Source of the DNA: Malacoraja senta
Lineage: Eukaryota
Length of the DNA: 39,786 nt
Assembly: GCA_038087875.1 (NCBI GenBank)
Contig: JAXLNO010000366.1
Location: forward strand, 62,001-101,786
Reading direction: 5' to 3'
The notes beneath the pieces are model-generated. The model saw only the letters and a program-made list of their open reading frames with translations, was not told where the DNA came from and did no database searches. Position 1 is the stretch's first letter. Each line of letters begins with the position of its first letter. The position numbers and the translations under genes were made by a program. Shown piece by piece: positions 33,496 to 39,786 of this stretch.

Positions 33496-36093
33496 AACGA
33501 GATTAACGCAGTGGAAAGGAAGGACATTAGCTTGGAGGATGTGGAATCGGTATGGGTAGAGCTGCGAAACACTAAGGGGCAGAAAACGCTGGTGGGTGTT
33601 GTGTACAGGCCACCTAGCAGTAGTAGTGAAGTTGGGGATGGCATCAAACAGGAAATTAGAAATGCGTGCAACAAAGGCAAAACAGTTATAATGGGTGACT
33701 TCAATCTACATATAGATTGGGTGAATCAAATTGGCAGGGGTGCTGAGGAAGAGGATTTCTTGGAATGTATGAGGGATAGTTATCTAAACCAACATGTAGA
33801 GGAACCAACGAGAGAGCAGGCTATTCTAGACTGGGTATTGAGTAATGAGGAAGGGTTAGTTAGCAGACTTGTTGTGCATGCCCCCTTGGGCAAGAGTGAC
33901 CATAATATGGTTGAGTTCTTCATTAGGATGGAGAGTGACATTGTTAATTCAGAAACAACGGTTCTGAACTTAAAGAAAGGTAACTTTGAGGGTATGAGAC
34001 GTGAATTGGCCAAGATTGACTGGCAATTAGTTCTAAAAGGGTTGACGGTGGATATGCAATGGAAGGCATTTAAAGACTGCATGGATGAACTACAAAAATT
34101 GTTCATCCCAGTTTGGCAAAAGAATAAATCAGGGAAGGTAGTGCATCCGTGGATAACAAGGGAAATCAGGGATAGTATCAAAGCAAAAGATGATGCGTAC
34201 AAATTAGCCAGAAAAAGCAGCATACCAGAGGACTGGGAGAAATTCAGAGACCAGCAGAGGAGGACAAAGGGCTTAATTAGGAAAGGGAAAATAGATTATG
34301 AAAGGAAACTGGCAGGGAACATAAAAACTGACTGCAAAAGTTTTTATAGATATGTGAAGAGAAAGAGATTAGTTAAAACAAATGTAGGTCCCTTGCAGTC
34401 AGAAACAGGTGAATTGATCATGGGGATCAAGGATATGGCGGACCAATTGAATAACTACTTTGGTTCCGTCTTCACTAAGGAAGACATAAATAATCTGCCG
34501 GAAATAGCAGGGGGCCGCGGGTCAAAGGAGATGGAGGAACTGAGTGAAATCCAGGTTAGTCTGCAAGTGGTGTTGGGTAAATTGAATGGATTAAAGGCCG
34601 ATAAATCACCAGGGCCAGATAGGCTGCATCCCAGAGTACTTAAGGAAGTAGCTCCAGAAATAGTGGATGCATTTGTGCTAATTTTTCAAAACTCTTTAGA
34701 TTCTGGAGTAGTTCCTGAGGATTGGAGGGTAGCAAACGTAAGCCCACTTTTTAAGAAGGGAGGGAGAGAGAAAACGGGGAATTACAGACCAGTTAGTCTA
34801 ACATCGGTAGTGGGGAAACTGCTAGAGTCAGTTATTAAAGATGGGATAGCAGCACATTTGGAAAGTGGTGAAATCATTGGACAAAGTCAGCATGGATTTA
34901 CGAAAGGTAAATCGTGTCTGACGAATCTTATGGAATTTTTCGAGGATGTAACTAGTAGAGTGGATAGGGGAGAACCAGTGGATGTGTTGTATCTGGACTT
35001 TCAGAAGGCTTTCGACAAGGTACCACATAAGAGATTAGGATACAAACTTAAATCACACGGTATTGGGGGTTCAGTATTGATGTGGATAGGGAACTGGCTG
35101 GCAAACAGGAAGCAAAGAGTAGGAGTAAACGGGTCCTTTTCCCAATGGCAGGCAGTGACTAGTGGGGTACCGCAAGGCTCAGTGCTGGGACCCCAGCTAT
35201 TTACAATTTATATTAATGATCTGGACGAGGGAATTGAAAGCAACATCTCCAAGTTTGCGGATGACACTAAGCTGGGGGGCAGTGTTAGCTGTGAGGAGGA
35301 TGCTAGGAGACTGCAAGGTGACTTGGATAGGCTGGGTGAGTGGCCAAATGTTTGGCAGATGCAGTAAAATGTGGATAAATGTGAGGTTATCCACTTTGGT
35401 GGCAAAAACGGGAAGGCAGACTATTATCTAAATGGTGGCCGATTAGGAAATGGGGAGATGCAGCGAGACCTGGGTGTCATGGTACACCAGTCATTGAAAG
35501 TAGGCATGCAGGTGCAGCAGGCAGTGAAGAAAGCGAATGGTATGTTGGCCTTCATAGCAAGAGGATTTGAGTATAGGAGCAGGGAGGTTCTACTGCAGTT
35601 GTACAGGGTCTTGGTGAGACCACACCTGGAGTATTGCGTACAGTTTTGGTCTCCAAATCTGAGGAAGGACATTATAGCCATAGAGGGAGTGCAGAGAAGG
35701 TTCACCAGACTGATTCCTGGGATGTCAGGACTTTCATATGAAGAAAGACTGGATAGACTTGGCTTATACTCGCTAGAATTTAGGAGATTGGGAGGGGATC
35801 TTATAGAAACGTACAAAATTCTTATGGGGTTGGACAGGCTAGATGCAGGAAGATTGTTCCCGATGTTGGGGAAGTCCAGGACAAGGGGTCACAGCTTAAG
35901 GATAAGGGGGAAATCCTTTAAGACCGAGATGAGGAAAAACTTTTTCACACAGAGAGTGGTGAATCTCTGGAACTCTCTGCCACAGAGGGTAGTTGAGGCC
36001 AGTTCATTGGCTATATTTAAGAGGGAGTTAGATGTGGCCCTTGTGGCTGAGGGGATTAGGGGGTATGGAGAGAAGGCAGGTACGGGATACTGA
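33496..36093 (+). pseudogene. CR1 ORF2p (partial APE + RT), N-terminal deletion and one stop at 35365-35367
   Basis: [60 protein letters not shown]. Confidence 0.93.
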
Positions 36094-37876
36094 GTTGGAT
36101 GATCAGCCATGATCATATTGAATGGCGGTGCAGGTTCGAAGGGCCGAATGGCCTACTCCTGCACCTTTTTTCTATGTATCTATGTATCTAATATCAAAAT
36201 ATGTCTCCTGACCTATTAGATGGGATAATGAATATAAAAGCGGAATCAGCTAATTTAATATCATACCTATATAATTCCATTTTAAATATAGAAATTCCAT
36301 CATCGGACGGGATTAGAAGAGAATGGGAACAGGAACTAGCTATAAAAATCTCAAAAGAGAGTTGGGATAAACATCTATTATATGTGCATAAATGTTCGAT
36401 TAACATAAGACATACTCTGATTCAATTTAAAATTTTACATAGATTATATTATTCAAAAGTTAAATTAAGTAAATTTTACCCAAATACCTCTGCTAACTGT
36501 GATAAATGCCTAGTCGAAGAAGCACATTCTTTTGTTTTTTGTATAAAAATTCAAAAATTTTGGAATTAAATTTTTGAAATTTTCACTAAATTATTTAAAA
36601 TAAAACTGAAACCGAATGCAGAACTGATTATTTTTGGAACAATAGAAGCAAGTTTGTAACTGACTGCGTTTCAAAGGAGTTTTCTTAGTTATGGCTTAAT
36701 AACGGCAAAAAAACTGATACTGAAATTTTGGAAAAATGCTTCTACGCTAACAATAAAAATGTGGACTTCTAATATGTCGGAATTGTTACATCTAGAAGAT
36801 ATGAGATTCCTCCTAGCAGGTAAACAAGACCAATTCCAAAAGATTTGGTCTCCATATATCGACCTATTACAAACATAGGGTGCAACAAAATGTTGATAAT
36901 AAATGGTTTTAGGACCTGGTGAGTAAAAATAAGAAGTAGGTACATCCCTTTCATATTGTCCTATCTTATTTTCTTTTTTCTCTTTTTTTCTTTTCTTCTT
37001 TAACTACTTCTTGTGGTTTAGGTTCACATGCGTGTTCCTGGACCACTTTTTCATTCACTCACTGACTGTCTTTGCTAGCTCTTTCTATCCTTTTTTTCTA
37101 TTAAAGTTGAAAAACAGAAGTGGTACAAGAACTGTATAAATTTACGTTATTGCAGATTACTGTAATGTAAAATAATTCTAATTTAAAAAAAAAAAAAAAA
37201 AATTTTTAAATGGACGATCTGACCATTATCTCATTGCTGTTTGTGGAAACCCGCTATGCATAAATTGGTTGCTGTTTTTTTCTAATTAAAACAATGACTA
37301 CACTTCAAGAAAAAACCTTTGTGTCTGCAAAACTGTTTGGGTATCCAGCAGTAATGACAAATGCTCCATATATGCAAATTAGCTTTGTAAACCAAAGTTG
37401 TACTATAATACTTTAAAAATATCATTGCTGTTGAGAAACTGGGAGTTCGTATTTTAAATTCATTGAGATGCGATATGGTAAGATCCAAAGCTGGTGTGTT
37501 TCTTTTTTACAAATCCCTTTCTGTTTTTCCTGATTAATAAATTAATTTTCCAAAGCAAAAATCAGTATGATGGAGGAATTATAACAACTTAATACTAATG
37601 ATTGTATTACCTTGAAATTAATTGCTTAATTAAATGTTTAGTTGGAAAATAAATATTCAATTACTCCGCTGTAAATTATGTTTCATGGAAATTGCGGGTC
37701 ATGATTATTATCTCGCAGAATATTTGGGCCTGTGGCTGATTCGGCAACCCCACTATGTTTCGGTGCATTGAGTTGGAGCTATGTGTTGGGAAGCAGGAAA
37801 GACTTCTCCACGCATGTGATCTCAGCTTTCATTTACTCTTGCGAGATGCTAGTGTACTGTTATTGTCCCGAGAAAG

Positions 37877-38987
37877 CATAGATTCATAGAGTCCTACAGT
37901 ATGGAAACCGGCTCTTTGGCCCAACTTGCCCACGCCGACCAGCATGCCCCATCTGCACTAACTCCACCATTTGGCCCATATTGCTCTAAACCTATCCTAT
38001 CCATGTACTTATCCAAATGTTTTTTAAATGTTGTGATAGTACCTGCCTCAACCACTTCCTCTAGCAGCTTGTTCCATGTGCCTATCACCCCTTTGTGTAA
38101 AAAAAGTTGCCCCTCAGGTTCCTATTAAATCTTTCCCTCCTCACCTTAAACCTATTTCCTCTGGTTCTTGATTCCCCTATTCTGGGTCAAAGACTCTGTG
38201 CATTTACCCTATCCCTCTCATTATCTCATACACCTCTACAAGATCATCCTTCATCCTTCTGCACTCCAAGGAATAAAGTCCTAGCAATAAAGTCCTAGCC
38301 TGCTCAACCTCTGCCTATAGCTCAGGTAGTCAAGGCCAGGCAACATCCTCATAAATTTGCTCTGCACCCTTTCTAGCTTAACAGTATCTTTCCTGTAAGA
38401 GGGTGACCAAAACTGAATGCAATACTCTAAATGTGACCTCACCAATGTCTTGTACAACTGTAACACGTCCTCCCAACTTTTATACTCAACTTATGATGAC
38501 ACTTTCAGGGATCAATGAGCCTGCATCCCAGATCCCTCTGCTCTAAACACTACCAGAGCCCTGTAAGTCCTGCCCTGATTAGACTTCATAAAATGCAACA
38601 TATCACACTTCTTAGTATTAAATTTCATCAACCATTCCTCAGCTCATCTGCCCAACCGATCAAGATCCTGCTGCAATTTGTGACAACCATTATCACTATC
38701 TACAACACCACCAGTTTAGTGTCACCTGCAAACTTACTAATCATGCCTTTCACCTTCTCATCCAAATCATTGATATAGATGACCAACAACAATGGGCTCA
38801 CCACCGAGCCCTGAGGCAAAGCACTAGTCTCAGACCTCCAGTTTGAAAAACAAGCTTCTACCATCACCCTCTGCTTCCTTCCATGAAGCCAATGTTCTAT
38901 CCAGTTGGCTATCCCTCCTTGGATTCCATGTGATCTAACCTTCCAGAGCAGCCTACCATGCGGAACCTTGTCAAATGCTTTGCTGAA
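37877..38987 (-). mobile_element. 5'-truncated, decayed CR1 LINE
   Basis: [48 protein letters not shown] and WNKL, with CR1 3' end near 37880. Confidence 0.88.
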
Positions 38988-39786
38988 ATAACGTGGTGAA
39001 AGATCCTGCAAGTGTGTCAACTGAATGCCGTCAACTGTAATTGAATGCACAATGTCTAATAAAGTCATGCACTCATCCTCAACTTCAATTACTTAATCTT
39101 CTGTGATCTGGTTGGCAGCTGGTACTGTGTTCATTTAGTTACACTAACACAGTTGGATTTTTGCACCTTTGGGAAACTGGATGCCAAGTTGCTTAATTGA
39201 TTTTGATGTTGTGTTTTAATTTTCAGATCGAATGGGGAGAGGTGATTTGACTACTCATCAGACAGTGAGCATAGCCTTCAAATTAGAGCTTAACCATTCA
39301 GGGCTGGGCAGAAAGCACAACATATTTTCCCAAAAAAGCATTTGAGATTAGAAATCTAACAAAGGTTGTATTTGCATAGATTTGTTTGCGAGTGTACCTT
39401 GGGCTGCAGAAACTAGACAAATCTTACTCAACACAAGAACAGGCTCAAAAGGCTAAATAACCTACTCCTAATCCTCTGTTCCTCTATTTATACAGATTGC
39501 AAACCAATAGCTCATGAGATTTTAAAGGTTTTAGGGATAGCGTGAGATTTCAAAGGTTTTAGGGATTTTAAAGGTTTCATTGAAGATATGGATATGATGG
39601 GCTGAATGGCCTCTTTACATGTTGTACGATTCTAAGACGCCAAGGGAAAAAACCCAGCACTGGCTGCCTGCCTTAAATATGGTGCCTTCTCTCTTGTCAT
39701 GTTACTATGGCTAAATCTTCACTGGAGGGCCCATGGTTGCCACAAACCTGAGAGAACCAACAGTGTCATAAACATAGCTTTTCATA

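Larger units (their letters stand above)
31990..36189 (+). mobile_element. Near full-length CR1 LINE inserted in L1 ORF2
   Basis: 5' UTR, esterase ORF1, APE/RT ORF2, 3' stem and (TCTATGTA)n tail. The L1 reading frame resumes at 36190. Confidence 0.92.
28246..36878 (+). pseudogene. L1 ORF2p (APE endonuclease, RT, zinc knuckle), disrupted; segments 28246-31212, 31858-31989, 36190-36878
   Basis: SWNIRG, FLQETHL, GGDFN, YSRIDYF, SDHS, GKTPGPDG, SLDAEKAFDQVEW, RQGC, LYADD, QFKILHR..CDKC...HSFVFC. Confidence 0.92.
25914..37205 (+). mobile_element. Full-length L1-clade LINE interrupted by two CR1 insertions
   Basis: TSD TTAAATGGAC at 25904-25913 and 37206-37215. CpG-rich 5' UTR, ORF1, ORF2 (APE, RT, Cys-rich), poly(A) at 37185-37202. 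Confidence 0.93.

Noticed and set aside
39516..39577. Short duplicated GATTTTAAAGGTTTTAGGGAT units, vaguely telomere-like
   Set aside because: Local slippage duplication inside a decayed CR1 3' end, with no (TTAGGG)n array.

Overview
Gene-poor eukaryotic DNA made almost entirely of transposable elements. It is most likely from a cartilaginous fish (skate/ray/shark), inferred from HE1-type SINEs and the CR1/L1/Penelope repertoire. No host gene, RNA gene or CRISPR array could be supported. Positions 1-9201 hold a nest of minus-strand DIRS1-type tyrosine-recombinase retrotransposons. A complete 4476-bp element (1687-6162, with ITRs and an ICR circle junction) is inserted without a TSD into the adenine-methyltransferase domain of a second, divergent DIRS. 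That second element abuts an 87-bp piece of its own family and a perfect 68-bp palindrome. Both DIRS copies carry matching splice-like signals: a small leader intron, a donor at the pol start, and an acceptor exactly where recombinase homology begins. This suggests retrovirus-style splicing to express the recombinase. From 9.5 to 25.9 kb there are SINEs, two Harbinger-type MITEs, a Helitron-like element carrying a G-rich array and a TIR element, CR1 fragments, a Rex1/Babar RT fragment, and several short Penelope-like repeats with hammerhead-ribozyme cores. From 25.9 to 37.2 kb a full-length L1 with TSD is interrupted by two CR1 insertions, one nearly full length with an SGNH-esterase ORF1.
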